Of a DNA stretch of 38,517 nucleotides, positions 1 through 9,852 are shown piece by piece (position 1 is the stretch's first letter; the number at the start of each line of letters is the position of its first letter). The stretch is taken from the NCBI GenBank assembly GCA_903944755.1, contig CAJATB010000007.1, positions 1 through 38,517 on the forward strand. Direction: 5' to 3'. Both the position numbers and the translations under genes were made by a program. This stretch comes from an uncultured Bacteroidota bacterium. GTDB taxonomy: Bacteria > Bacteroidota > Bacteroidia > Chitinophagales > Chitinophagaceae. The notes under the pieces are model-generated. The model was not told where the DNA came from. It saw nothing but the letters and a program-made list of their open reading frames with translations, and did not search any database.

Positions 1-3000
1 TCATTTTCCGATTGATCTAGCCTACTATATAAAGACAAGCGTTCCCCAATATTTTCTACATAACTATCTGGAATCATTATTTCCAAATCTGTGTCGATAG
101 TGCAGTCCTGCACAAAATCATCCTGTTTGCTAATTTCGTCTTTAAATAATTCTTTAAAATCGGAGCGTTTTAATTCCCTAACAGCTTCTGCTAATATTTT
201 CTGGTACATTTCAAAACCTATTTCTACCATAAACCCACTTTGATCCCCTCCTAATAAATTACCGGCTCCACGAATATCTAAATCACGCATAGCAATTTGA
301 AACCCACTTCCTAATTCACTGAATTGTTCTAGTGTTTGTAGTCGCTTTCTTGAATCGTCTGGTAGTGTGGCCATGGGAGGTGCTAATAAATAGCAGAACG
401 CTTTTTTATTACTTCTTCCTACCCTTCCACGTAATTGATGTAAATCGCTTAATCCAAAATGATGCGCATTATTTACAATAATGGTATTTACATTAGGTAT
501 ATCTACACCGCTTTCTACAATGTTTGTACAAACTAATACATCATACCTTTTTTCAATAAAGTCAAATATCTTTTCTTCTAATTGGTGCCCCTCTAATTGC
601 CCATGTGCATGACCAATACTTAAATCAGGACACAATTTTTGAATAAGCGAGCACATTTCAGCTAACCCCTGCACCCTATTATGAATAAAGAAAACTTGCC
701 CACCTCGTTCTGTTTCATAATAAATTGCTTCTCGAATAATATCCTCGTTGAAAACTTGCACTTCGGTATGAATAGGTTGCCTGTTTGCTGGTGCGGTATT
801 TATGATACTTAAATCTCTTGCTCCCATTAAACTAAAGTGTAAAGTTCTTGGAATAGGGGTTGCTGTTAAGGTTAAACAATCCACATTTGTTTTTAATGTT
901 TTTAATTTTTCCTTATGCGCCACACCAAATTTTTGTTCTTCATCTATAACCATTAAACCTAAATCCTTAAAATCTACCTCCTTACCCAATACACCATGGG
1001 TACCTACTAATATATCCACTTTCCCTTCTTTTACTTTTGCAATAGTTTCTTTCTTTTGTGCAGCCGTTTTAAACCTATTCATATAATCTACCGTAACAGG
1101 GAAATCCTTTAATCGTTCCTTAAAAGTTTTATAATGCTGGAAAGCTAATATCGTGGTAGGGACTAATATAACTACCTGCTTCCCGTCTACCACCGCTTTA
1201 AACGCAGCCCTTACGGCAACTTCTGTTTTACCAAAACCTACATCACCACAAACAAGCCTATCCATTGGCGCTGGGGCTTCCATATCCTTCTTTACATCGG
1301 CAATTGCTTTCGCTTGGTCAATTGTATCCTCATACATGAAAGAAGCCTCCAATTCATGCATCATGTAATTATCGGGTGAAAATGCAAATCCAAAAAGAGA
1401 TTTACGCTTTGCATACAATTTAATTAAATCAAAAGCGATTTCTTTCACCTTTGCCTTCGTCTTATCTTTTAATTTAGCCCAAGAATCAGAACCTAATTTA
1501 TTAATTTTCGGGGGCGAACCTTCCTTACCTGTATACTTCGAAATTTTGTGTAATGAATTAATATTTACATATAATATATCTGTATCCTTATAAATAATCC
1601 TAACGGCTTCTTGTGTTCGCCCATTCACGTCAATTTTTTGCAAACCACTATACACGCCTACCCCATGGTCGATATGCGTTACATAATCACCAGGTTGCAA
1701 ATCTCTCAAAGTCCTTAGTGTAATAGCTTTGCTCTTGCTATAAGCCTGTTTAACTTTGTATTTATGGTAACGTTGGAATATTTGGTGATCCGTATAACAA
1801 ACTACTTTGTGGTCATGATCGATAAAACCTTCGTGTATGTTTTTTACAATTGGCGTAAACTGAATGGATGTATTTAAGTCAGTAAAAATTGCATGCAAGC
1901 GTTCCAATTGTTTTGCTTGTTCTGCAAATAAAAACAAAGTATAGCCCTTCTTTTCTAACTCCTGAAGGTTCGCAATTAAGTATTGAAACTGTCTGTTAAA
2001 GGAAGGCTGCGGTTGTGTGTCAAAAACTATCTTTTCCTTTGTCAAATGCTGCTGAAAGCCCCATTCTAAAATAAATTTGTCTTGTAATTGGGTGGTCGTA
2101 TTTTCAACAGTTTCGAAATCTTGTACATGACTCTCTCTTTTATGCGGATCGTTTTCGTCCGTTTTATTCAATATAGCATGGTGATTTATGAAATCTTTAA
2201 GTGACTCCATTTGATCAACCCCTTTTTGACGAATCACATCCCAATCCCTTAACCATATAATAGTATCCTTTGAAACAAAATCTAATAAAGAAATTTTTTG
2301 CGTGTCATCAAACTGAGTAGTCACGTTCGGGATAATATTTACCTGCAGTAATTTACGCTCACTTAATTGCGAAGCTGGATCAAACAAACGAATACTGTCT
2401 ACCTCTTCCCCAAACAATTCTATGCGATAAGGATTTTCGTTTCCGAAGGAATAGATATCAAAAATACCCCCTCTTACAGCGAACTGCCCAGGTTCATAAA
2501 CGAAATCTGTTCGCTCAAAACCATAGTCAACCAATTGCTGCATCACTCCGTTCAAATCAAGCGAATCATTGGTTTTGATTTGAATAATATTTTGTTGTAG
2601 CGTATTGGGTAAAATTACTTTTTCAAATAACGCTTCAGGATAAGTAACAATTATTTTCTTATTCCCTCCCATTGAAATTTTAGTAAGTGCCTCGGTCCTT
2701 AGCATAACATGCGAAGGGTTTAATACACTAAAATTATGCGGGGATTTATAAGAAGACGGGAAGTAAAATAAATCTAATGCCTCTGTAACACTTTCAATTG
2801 AATTTAAAAAATAGGCGGCTTCTTCGGCATCATTCAACACTACCAAATGGTTTAATGTTGCTGTTTTAGGATGCGTGAAAATAGTTTGAAGCACAAAAGC
2901 CGGCGTGGACCCTTGTAAATTTTGTAAAAAAACCTGGTAGGGCTTATGTTCCTGCTGGGACATAGCTATCCTGGCCACCAAATTATTTAGGAGGGGGGAA

Positions 3001-3035
3001 TTACGAAAACGTTCAAACAGAGATTGCTCATTCAT
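1..3035 (-). CDS. mfd: Transcription-repair coupling factor (partial; 3' end runs off the window)
   Basis: Not in the ORF track because no stop lies within the window. Minus-strand translation from ATG 3035 gives MNEQSLFERFRNSP..., with CarD-like 'DYVTHIDHGVG', Walker A 'DRLVCGDVGFGKTEV', 'DEEQKFGV', 'LSDLHQLRGRVGRS' and TRCF-domain 'GERLSLYSRLD' at the edge. Confidence 0.97.
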   Translation of the reverse strand, partial: MNEQSLFERFRNSPLLNNLVARIAMSQQEHKPYQVFLQNLQGSTPAFVLQTIFTHPKTATLNHLVVLNDAEEAAYFLNSIESVTEALDLFYFPSSYKSPHNFSVLNPSHVMLRTEALTKISMGGNKKIIVTYPEALFEKVILPNTLQQNIIQIKTNDSLDLNGVMQQLVDYGFERTDFVYEPGQFAVRGGIFDIYSFGNENPYRIELFGEEVDSIRLFDPASQLSERKLLQVNIIPNVTTQFDDTQKISLLDFVSKDTIIWLRDWDVIRQKGVDQMESLKDFINHHAILNKTDENDPHKRESHVQDFETVENTTTQLQDKFILEWGFQQHLTKEKIVFDTQPQPSFNRQFQYLIANLQELEKKGYTLFLFAEQAKQLERLHAIFTDLNTSIQFTPIVKNIHEGFIDHDHKVVCYTDHQIFQRYHKYKVKQAYSKSKAITLRTLRDLQPGDYVTHIDHGVGVYSGLQKIDVNGRTQEAVRIIYKDTDILYVNINSLHKISKYTGKEGSPPKINKLGSDSWAKLKDKTKAKVKEIAFDLIKLYAKRKSLFGFAFSPDNYMMHELEASFMYEDTIDQAKAIADVKKDMEAPAPMDRLVCGDVGFGKTEVAVRAAFKAVVDGKQVVILVPTTILAFQHYKTFKERLKDFPVTVDYMNRFKTAAQKKETIAKVKEGKVDILVGTHGVLGKEVDFKDLGLMVIDEEQKFGVAHKEKLKTLKTNVDCLTLTATPIPRTLHFSLMGARDLSIINTAPANRQPIHTEVQVFNEDIIREAIYYETERGGQVFFIHNRVQGLAEMCSLIQKLCPDLSIGHAHGQLEGHQLEEKIFDFIEKRYDVLVCTNIVESGVDIPNVNTIIVNNAHHFGLSDLHQLRGRVGRSNKKAFCYLLAPPMATLPDDSRKRLQTLEQFSELGSGFQIAMRDLDIRGAGNLLGGDQSGFMVEIGFEMYQKILAEAVRELKRSDFKELFKDEISKQDDFVQDCTIDTDLEIMIPDSYVENIGERLSLYSRLDQSEN

Positions 3036-3047
3036 ACTACACAGCTA

Positions 3048-3055
3048 CAAAGATA
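3048..3055 (-). promoter_or_regulatory. Bacteroidota housekeeping-sigma -7 box for mfd
   Basis: TATCTTTG on the minus strand matches TAnnTTTG, 12 nt upstream of the ATG. Confidence 0.7.
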
Positions 3056-3064
3056 CAAGTAGTA

Positions 3065-3532
3065 TTAATAACTTGCATTTACATTCACAATAATATCTAA
3101 TTCCGAAAACGTCTTTGGTAGTATTTCAATAATTGACAATTCGTGAGTACCTGAGAAATAGGGCACAAAAAAACCTTGTCCAAATTTAACCATTAGGCTA
3201 TACTTGCCAGGCTTGAGGGCAATTTTATATTTACCGTCTTTATCCGTCATCATTGAATCTACTAATACCGCATTCACTTTTGCGCAAATTTGACCGTTTA
3301 AACCTTCCACTTTCAATAATGATGTAGGCTCAAAAATATAAACCATTGTATGCAAAAAAGTCCCTTTTGATGTTTTTTGCCCTTTCATTGGCATAGTATT
3401 TCCTTTTTGCTCAAAAACTTGACCTTGCACACCTTGTAATGCAGTCAATTTGGTTTGAGAACTCAAGCTAATGCACCCATAAAATGGCATGCACAAAATG
3501 CTGATAATTAAAGAAAATAGGCACTTTTTCAT
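3065..3532 (-). CDS. Putative lipoprotein with a carboxypeptidase-regulatory-like (prealbumin-like) beta-sandwich
   Basis: 155 aa. Signal peptide MKKCLFSLIISILCMPFYGC ends in a lipobox-like Cys. 'TDKDGKYKIALKPGKYSL' is typical of this fold. TAATTTTG box at 3570-3577. Confidence 0.65.
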   Translation of the reverse strand: MKKCLFSLIISILCMPFYGCISLSSQTKLTALQGVQGQVFEQKGNTMPMKGQKTSKGTFLHTMVYIFEPTSLLKVEGLNGQICAKVNAVLVDSMMTDKDGKYKIALKPGKYSLMVKFGQGFFVPYFSGTHELSIIEILPKTFSELDIIVNVNASY

Positions 3533-3683
3533 ATAAAAATTGTTTTAATTACAGCTCCTCGCGCATTACCAAAATTAAACAAAAAAATAAGACGCGCACA
3601 ATTCGTTAGTTTTTAAAAGTATTACCGGTATTTCATTGTAAATTAGAGCAATTAATTAGCATTAAAGCATTTGAAATTTACCT

Positions 3684-6600
3684 ATGAAGCAATTTTATTT
3701 TTACACCTTATTAGCCTGTTTTTTTTCAAGCCAACTACTGGCACAGTATGAAACAAAAAAACAAGTGCTTATCAATACTGCAAAATCTTTTGAATTAAAA
3801 TCAAGGGCTTCTTTTTCGGAAGCAGTGATTAAAGCTAAAGTAAAAGGTTGGCCAATGAGTTATAAAACTGGCGCAAAAACAACTGCCTATTTAGTGGGTG
3901 TGGATGCATTTGGCCAACCAAAATATAATATTGCTTTTGTTAATCCGATACCAGCGACTACAGTGAACGCTCACAAAATTTGGCCAAATGGTGGATTAGG
4001 TTTTAACTTATCTGGTAACAGCGATAGTATAACAAATAAAATAGGTATTTGGGATGAAGGTGTCCCACGATTAACACATAAAGAATTTGCTGGAAGGCTA
4101 GTGCATAAAGATAACGCAACAAGAGTTTCTGAACACATCACGCATGTTGCTGGAACTATTATGAGTAAAGGGTTAAACCCACTTGCTAAAGGCATGTCCT
4201 ATGGAATAAAAGGTGCCTATAGTTACGATTGGAACAACGACGAAGCAGAAATGGCACTAGCTGCGGCAAATGGATTACTAGTATCCAATCACTCTTATGG
4301 AATTGTAAGTGGATGGAATTATAATTCAGATTCTACCCGTTGGGAATTTAATGGAAGATGGAATGAAAAAGAAGACTATAAATTTGGCTCCTATGACGAT
4401 GCTGCCCAAGCTTTTGATTCCATTGCATACAATGCACCGAATTATTTAATTGTAAAAGCAGCAGGAAATAACAGAAACGATAATGGTCCAGAAGTTGGGA
4501 AGCCTTATTGGAGAAGAAATGCTGAGGGCAAATGGTATAATGCAGGTAATAGGCCAGATAGCTTGAGTAGCAATAATGAATATGATATTTTAGCTACCGA
4601 TGTAAATGCAAAAAATATATTAACCGTTGGGGCCGTTGCAGGAATAGCAGGTGGATACACCAAAAAAGAAGATGTAGTCATGACTGATTTTAGTTCATGG
4701 GGGCCCACTGACGATGGAAGAATCAAACCCGATATTGTCGCAGATGGTTTGAATGTTTTTTCAACCTTAATTGTCAATGATTCAAGTTATGGGAATAAAA
4801 GTGGTACTTCAATGGCTTCACCGGGTGCAGCGGGCGCGCTTTTGCTATTACAAGAATTAAGCCAGCAGTTAACTAATAAAAATATCAAATCGGCTACTGT
4901 CAAAGCATTAGCCATCCATACTGCAAATGAAGCAGGTAATTTTTCGGGACCTGACTATAAATTTGGTTGGGGATTATTAAATGTGAGTGAGGCTGCTAGT
5001 ACTTTAAGTAATGCATTAAGCACAAATAACAGCTCGGTAAGCACTGACCTTGTATTTGAAAACGACTTACTAAATAATGAACCCAAAACTTATAATATTA
5101 TTGCATCAGGTAACAAACCAATTAAAGCGACTTTGGTTTGGACAGATGTAATAGGAACCAGTAGTACCTTGCTTGACGACCCTACTCCTAAATTAGTAAA
5201 CGACCTTGATTTGGTAATTACTAAGGGGGATAAAACCTACTATCCATGGTCCTTGAATCCATTAATTCCTAGTGCCTCCGCTACAAGAAGTAATAATATT
5301 TTAGACAATGTAGAAAAAGTAGAACTTGAATTGGATTCGACTTCTTTAGGAGAAACTTATAATATCACTGTTTCGCACAAAAGCATATTAGCCCGAGGTC
5401 ATCAGGCCTACTCACTTGTCGTAAGTGGAAGTGGCGGATCTGCTTATTGTAATTCAACAGCAACTTCTAATGCTGGAACAAAAATTGATAGTGTGAGTTT
5501 TAATAATATTCAATTGGCAAATACAACTTCAAACCAATATACAGATAATAGCAAGTATGTGATTACCGGTGAACCTGCTGGATTGCTAAATATATTTGTA
5601 AAAGTAGGAAGTGTGGACGCCACTAATATAAATCGATTTGTGAAAGTGTTTATTGACTATAATAACAATGGTAATTTTGAAGCTGCCGAAACAGTAGGGA
5701 CAAGTAATGTATTACTTAATGGAGATAAATACATAGCAGTAATACAATTACCAAGTGATTTAGTTATTGGCAAAATAACCAAATTAAGAATTGTTGCAAT
5801 GGAAACAAATAGTAGTGCTGATGTGAAAGCATGTGATAATTATACAATTGGAGAAACACAGGACTATACTTTTAAAATTACAAACCCAACCAACGATTTA
5901 CAGATAGGAGAAATCGTAAACCCAATTGGGAATATATGTAAAAAAGACATACAGTACGTAACTGTCAAAGTCATTAACAATGGGTCTGTAGCACAACAGA
6001 ATATACCGCTTAATTTAACTATTAAAAATGGAGAGTCAATTATTCTTAATGTGAATGAAATATTTACAGGAAAACTGAATGGATTAGAGAGTATGAATTA
6101 TACTTTTCAAAAACCATTTACTATTGCAGCCAATACTACCTATTCTATAACCGCTTCAGTTAGTCTAACAGTAGATCAACAAAAATCGAATGACACCTAC
6201 TCAGATATAGTTACTGGTATTGCCGCGGCAGAAAATCCAATTGGGGATGCAGTAGTTTGTAATGCCAATTTAAAATTAACGGTTAGTAACCCAACTTCTG
6301 GTAGTTCCTATTTTTGGTATGATAACAGTGATTTTAAAAATATAATCGCCGTTGGTTCATCAACCACTGCAAGCACTCAGCAAAACAAGGTCTATTTAAG
6401 TAAAGGTTATCAAGGATTAGTTGGACCAGTTTCAAATACTAGCTTATCAAGCACAGGGGGGTATAATAACTTTTCTGGCAATAACATGAAGGTAAAAACA
6501 AAAATTCCATTGACTATCAACACTGTTAAATTGTACACAGGAAACGCAGGGAAAATTGTGTTTGAACTTATGTATATGGCTACTGATACTACTTATTACC

Positions 6601-7460
6601 CAAGCTTATCTCAATTTGTAACAATAAACGCTCCAGCAAGCAGCCCCTCGCCAACACCACCAACTGGAACAACATCCACACCATTTGTTCAAAATGATAC
6701 TGGTAGGATTTATGATTTAAATTTCAAACTTAATGTTGCTGGAGACTACCGAATAGTCGCGAGATGTGACGAGAGTGCGACATTATTCAGGAATGACAAT
6801 ATTATATCAAGTCCATACCCAATTGGCCAAACATCCCTTTTTACCTATACTGGAAATAGTGTAGCTGGCACCACATATCAAAATTATTACTACTTCTTTT
6901 ACAACACCCAAATAAGTACAAACGATTGTTACAGTACGGCTTCGGAAATAAATGTAAAAACAGCCGAAAAGCCAAGCTTTGCTTTAGTTGGCGATAGCTT
7001 AGTGGCAACAATGGCTAGTAACTACCAATGGTACATGGATGATGTGGCCATTGGGGGCGCTATTAACAAAAGCTACAAGCCAACAAAAAATGCTTACTAT
7101 AAAGTAGCAACTTTTATCGGTGATTGTGAAAACGTATCTGATAATAAATTAATTTTAATCACCGATATCGCGACTGCTTCAACAACTGAAATTCGATTAA
7201 AGATCACTTCTGACGATTATGTCGAGAATATAATTAAGGGAAATTCTTTTTACATTCAGTTTAGTAATATCCAAACTCAAGGTATTTCTTTAGAAATTTT
7301 AAATTCAAATGGGAATTCCCTTTTTGTAAAAGAAAATTTAAACAACCAAAATACCCCCCAACGTGTAATAATACCTAGCTTAAGTACCGGCGTTTATTTT
7401 ATTAAAATTTATGCAAATAAGAAGGTGTATGTTCAAAGGGTGTTGATTACTAATAAATAA
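3684..7460 (+). CDS. Secreted S8 (subtilisin-like) serine protease with GEVED, Ig/CARDB-like modules and a T9SS-type C-terminal domain
   Basis: Signal peptide present. Triad motifs IGIWDEG (D), EHITHVAGT (H) and GTSMASP (S), plus FSSWGPTDDGRIKPD. GEVED-like 'VFIDYNNNGNFE...GETQDY'. C-terminus LSTGVYFIKI...VQRVLI. Confidence 0.92.
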   Translation: MKQFYFYTLLACFFSSQLLAQYETKKQVLINTAKSFELKSRASFSEAVIKAKVKGWPMSYKTGAKTTAYLVGVDAFGQPKYNIAFVNPIPATTVNAHKIWPNGGLGFNLSGNSDSITNKIGIWDEGVPRLTHKEFAGRLVHKDNATRVSEHITHVAGTIMSKGLNPLAKGMSYGIKGAYSYDWNNDEAEMALAAANGLLVSNHSYGIVSGWNYNSDSTRWEFNGRWNEKEDYKFGSYDDAAQAFDSIAYNAPNYLIVKAAGNNRNDNGPEVGKPYWRRNAEGKWYNAGNRPDSLSSNNEYDILATDVNAKNILTVGAVAGIAGGYTKKEDVVMTDFSSWGPTDDGRIKPDIVADGLNVFSTLIVNDSSYGNKSGTSMASPGAAGALLLLQELSQQLTNKNIKSATVKALAIHTANEAGNFSGPDYKFGWGLLNVSEAASTLSNALSTNNSSVSTDLVFENDLLNNEPKTYNIIASGNKPIKATLVWTDVIGTSSTLLDDPTPKLVNDLDLVITKGDKTYYPWSLNPLIPSASATRSNNILDNVEKVELELDSTSLGETYNITVSHKSILARGHQAYSLVVSGSGGSAYCNSTATSNAGTKIDSVSFNNIQLANTTSNQYTDNSKYVITGEPAGLLNIFVKVGSVDATNINRFVKVFIDYNNNGNFEAAETVGTSNVLLNGDKYIAVIQLPSDLVIGKITKLRIVAMETNSSADVKACDNYTIGETQDYTFKITNPTNDLQIGEIVNPIGNICKKDIQYVTVKVINNGSVAQQNIPLNLTIKNGESIILNVNEIFTGKLNGLESMNYTFQKPFTIAANTTYSITASVSLTVDQQKSNDTYSDIVTGIAAAENPIGDAVVCNANLKLTVSNPTSGSSYFWYDNSDFKNIIAVGSSTTASTQQNKVYLSKGYQGLVGPVSNTSLSSTGGYNNFSGNNMKVKTKIPLTINTVKLYTGNAGKIVFELMYMATDTTYYPSLSQFVTINAPASSPSPTPPTGTTSTPFVQNDTGRIYDLNFKLNVAGDYRIVARCDESATLFRNDNIISSPYPIGQTSLFTYTGNSVAGTTYQNYYYFFYNTQISTNDCYSTASEINVKTAEKPSFALVGDSLVATMASNYQWYMDDVAIGGAINKSYKPTKNAYYKVATFIGDCENVSDNKLILITDIATASTTEIRLKITSDDYVENIIKGNSFYIQFSNIQTQGISLEILNSNGNSLFVKENLNNQNTPQRVIIPSLSTGVYFIKIYANKKVYVQRVLITNK

Positions 7461-7470
7461 AAACACAATT

Positions 7471-8199
7471 ATGGCATTAGAATGGGTGGAAGGCGTTATC
7501 ACTAAAATAGAAGATGAAACACCAAATACAAAAAAGTTTTTTTTCGAAATACCGAGCATGGATAAATTTGATTTTGTGCCAGGACAATTCGTGACACTTG
7601 ACTTGCCAATTCATGAACAAAAAAATAAACGCTGGAGAAGCTATTCCATTGCATCAGCTCCTAATAATACAAATACTTTCGAATTGGTAATTGTACATTT
7701 AGAGGGCGGACTTGGAACCACTTACCTATTTAATGAAGTAAAAGTTGGCACTAAAATTACATTGAGAGGACCACAAGGTGTTTTTGTGCTACCTAAAAAT
7801 TTCGATGATGACGTTTATTTTATTTGCACAGGCACAGGAATCGCACCATTTAGGTCAATGATAACATATATCCACGATCATAAAATAGCACACAATAATA
7901 TTCATTTAATTTTCGGCTGCAGAAAATTTGAGGATGGCTTATATATTAACGAGTTAAAAGCATTAGAAGCAAAGGAACCTGGTTTCCACTTCCACCCTTG
8001 CTATTCAAGAGAAACCGAAGTGCCAGTAGGTGCTCACAAAGGATATGTTCACCCAGTTTATCAAGCATTATTAAAAGAAAATAAGGAAACTGCTCATGTT
8101 TGGCTGTGCGGCTGGAAAGCAATGATTGACGATGCACGCAAAAACATGACCGACCTTGGCTTGGATAAGAAACAAGTTCACTTCGAATCGTTCGGATAA
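7471..8199 (+). CDS. FAD/NAD(P)-binding oxidoreductase, ferredoxin-NADP reductase family
   Basis: Motifs FVPGQF, RSYSIAS, GTGIAPF, CGW and C-terminal HFESF. Confidence 0.9.
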   Translation: MALEWVEGVITKIEDETPNTKKFFFEIPSMDKFDFVPGQFVTLDLPIHEQKNKRWRSYSIASAPNNTNTFELVIVHLEGGLGTTYLFNEVKVGTKITLRGPQGVFVLPKNFDDDVYFICTGTGIAPFRSMITYIHDHKIAHNNIHLIFGCRKFEDGLYINELKALEAKEPGFHFHPCYSRETEVPVGAHKGYVHPVYQALLKENKETAHVWLCGWKAMIDDARKNMTDLGLDKKQVHFESFG

Positions 8200-8237
8200 A
8201 GTTTTTATTCATAAGAATTTGAATAAAAACTTTATCC
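8194..8237. repeat. Perfect 18-bp inverted repeat overlapping the reductase stop codon
   Basis: GGATAAAGTTTTTATTCA - loop TAAGAATT - TGAATAAAAACTTTATCC. Confidence 0.9.
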
Positions 8238-8286
8238 TTCTATCTTATGATTTTTCCTAGTTAACTTTCATAAGAATTTGAATAAA
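8208..8286. repeat. 20-nt exact direct repeat with a 59-nt period
   Basis: TTCATAAGAATTTGAATAAA at 8208-8227 and 8267-8286, each followed shortly by TTTATCCTT. Confidence 0.9.
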
Positions 8287-8323
8287 TTTTATCCTTATTT
8301 AAACTTGTTACTAGTTTACACTA

Positions 8324-8359
8324 ACAAAGAAGGTCCCGATGAATCGGGACCTTCTTTGT
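8324..8359. terminator. Probable bidirectional intrinsic terminator between the convergent reductase and glyQS
   Basis: ACAAAGAAGGTCCCGAT-GA-ATCGGGACCTTCTTTGT, a perfect 17-bp inverted repeat. Confidence 0.85.
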
Positions 8360-8376
8360 GTTATTCAAAAATTTGT

Positions 8377-9825
8377 TTAGTTAATATGTGCTAGTACTAA
8401 TTCTTTAACTTTGTTTAATGCGATACGCTCTTGTAACATGCTGTCACGGTAGCGTATAGTCACAGTACCGTCCTCTTTTGTTTGATGGTCAATGGTAACG
8501 CAAAAAGGTGTTCCAATTGCATCCTGCCTACGGTACCTTTTACCAATGGCGTCCTTTTCTTCATAAAAGCAATGGAATGATTTCTTACAATCCTCCATTA
8601 ATTCTTTCGCCAATTCTGGTAAGCCGTCCTTTTTAGTCAATGGTAAAATTGCCAATTTATTAGGAGCAATTTTAGCAGGCAAATGCAGCACCACTCTTAA
8701 ATCAGTTGTGCCGTCTTCTTTATTAATTGTTTCTTCCTCGTAGGAATTAGCTAATATTAATAAAAACATCCTATCTAATCCAATAGATGTCTCAATTACA
8801 TAAGGCACATAATGTTGATTAATTTCTGTATCAAAGTATTGCAACTTCTTTTTGCTGAATTCTTGATGACGTGTTAAATCAAAGTCAGTCCTAGAATGTA
8901 TACCCTCCACTTCCTTAAAGCCAAACGGGAATTCATATTCAATATCAACAGCTGCGTCCGCATAGTGGGCTAACTTAATATGGTCATGAAAACGGTATTT
9001 AGCAGCGTCAATTCCTAAACTTAAATGCCATTTCATTCTTTCTTCTTTCCAATGCGCATACCATTCTTTTTGAGTGCCTGGTTTAATAAAAAACTGCATC
9101 TCCATTTGTTCAAATTCACGCATCCTGAAAATAAACTGACGTGCCACAATTTCATTCCTAAAAGCTTTTCCTGTTTGTGCAATTCCGAAAGGAATTTTCA
9201 TCCTTGCAGTCTTTTGTACATTCAAGAAATTCACGAAAATACCTTGAGCAGTTTCGGGCCTTAGGTAAATGGTATTTGCATCCTCCGCAATGGAGCCTAA
9301 TTCAGTCGAAAACATCAAATTAAATTGACGTATTTCGGTCCAATTTCCTGTACCACTAACGCTGCAATGAATTTTATTGTCTTCAATTAATTTTTTCAAT
9401 CCAGCAAAATCATCGTTGGCCAACAATACCTCCATGTCAGCAATCAACTTGTCGGCTGCTTCTTTATCCCCTTCTTTAATTAATTTGTCCGCATGTCCTT
9501 CTATTAAATGGTCAACACGGTATCTTTTTTTACTATCCTTATTATCAATTAATGGGTCGCTAAAACTATCAACGTGTCCACTTGCTTTCCAAGTGGTTGG
9601 ATGCATAAATATAGCGGCGTCTATTCCCACTATATTTTCATTCATTTGCGTCATGCTACTCCACCAATAATCGCGGATATTCTTTTTTAACTGAGAGCCA
9701 TAAGGGCCGTAATCATACACAGCACTTAATCCATCGTAGATTTCGCTACTTGGAAACACGAATCCATATTCTTTGGCATGGGAAATAATAGCGGGTAATG
9801 TATTATCTGAAGTTGCTTTACTCAT
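8377..9825 (-). CDS. glyQS: Glycine--tRNA ligase (homodimeric alpha2 type)
   Basis: Motifs YLRPETAQGIF, FRNEI, REFEQMEMQFF, VIETSIGLDR and IGKRYRRQD. ATG 9825 (MSKAT) is preferred, because the track's TTG 9834 lies inside the promoter box. Confidence 0.97.
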   Translation of the reverse strand: MSKATSDNTLPAIISHAKEYGFVFPSSEIYDGLSAVYDYGPYGSQLKKNIRDYWWSSMTQMNENIVGIDAAIFMHPTTWKASGHVDSFSDPLIDNKDSKKRYRVDHLIEGHADKLIKEGDKEAADKLIADMEVLLANDDFAGLKKLIEDNKIHCSVSGTGNWTEIRQFNLMFSTELGSIAEDANTIYLRPETAQGIFVNFLNVQKTARMKIPFGIAQTGKAFRNEIVARQFIFRMREFEQMEMQFFIKPGTQKEWYAHWKEERMKWHLSLGIDAAKYRFHDHIKLAHYADAAVDIEYEFPFGFKEVEGIHSRTDFDLTRHQEFSKKKLQYFDTEINQHYVPYVIETSIGLDRMFLLILANSYEEETINKEDGTTDLRVVLHLPAKIAPNKLAILPLTKKDGLPELAKELMEDCKKSFHCFYEEKDAIGKRYRRQDAIGTPFCVTIDHQTKEDGTVTIRYRDSMLQERIALNKVKELVLAHIN

Positions 9826-9831
9826 AGGCTG

Positions 9832-9839
9832 CAAATATA
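9832..9839 (-). promoter_or_regulatory. -7 box for glyQS
   Basis: TATATTTG-CAGCCT-ATG on the minus strand. Confidence 0.75.
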
Positions 9840-9852
9840 CTGACAGAAAGGA

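Noticed and set aside
802-2600. Plus-strand ORFs 802-1086, 1153-1368 and 2367-2600
   Set aside because: They are antisense shadows of mfd, which occupies 1-3035 on the minus strand.
8208-8296. Direct repeats as a mini-CRISPR array
   Set aside because: Only two imperfect copies, embedded in local inverted repeats, with no cas genes in the window.
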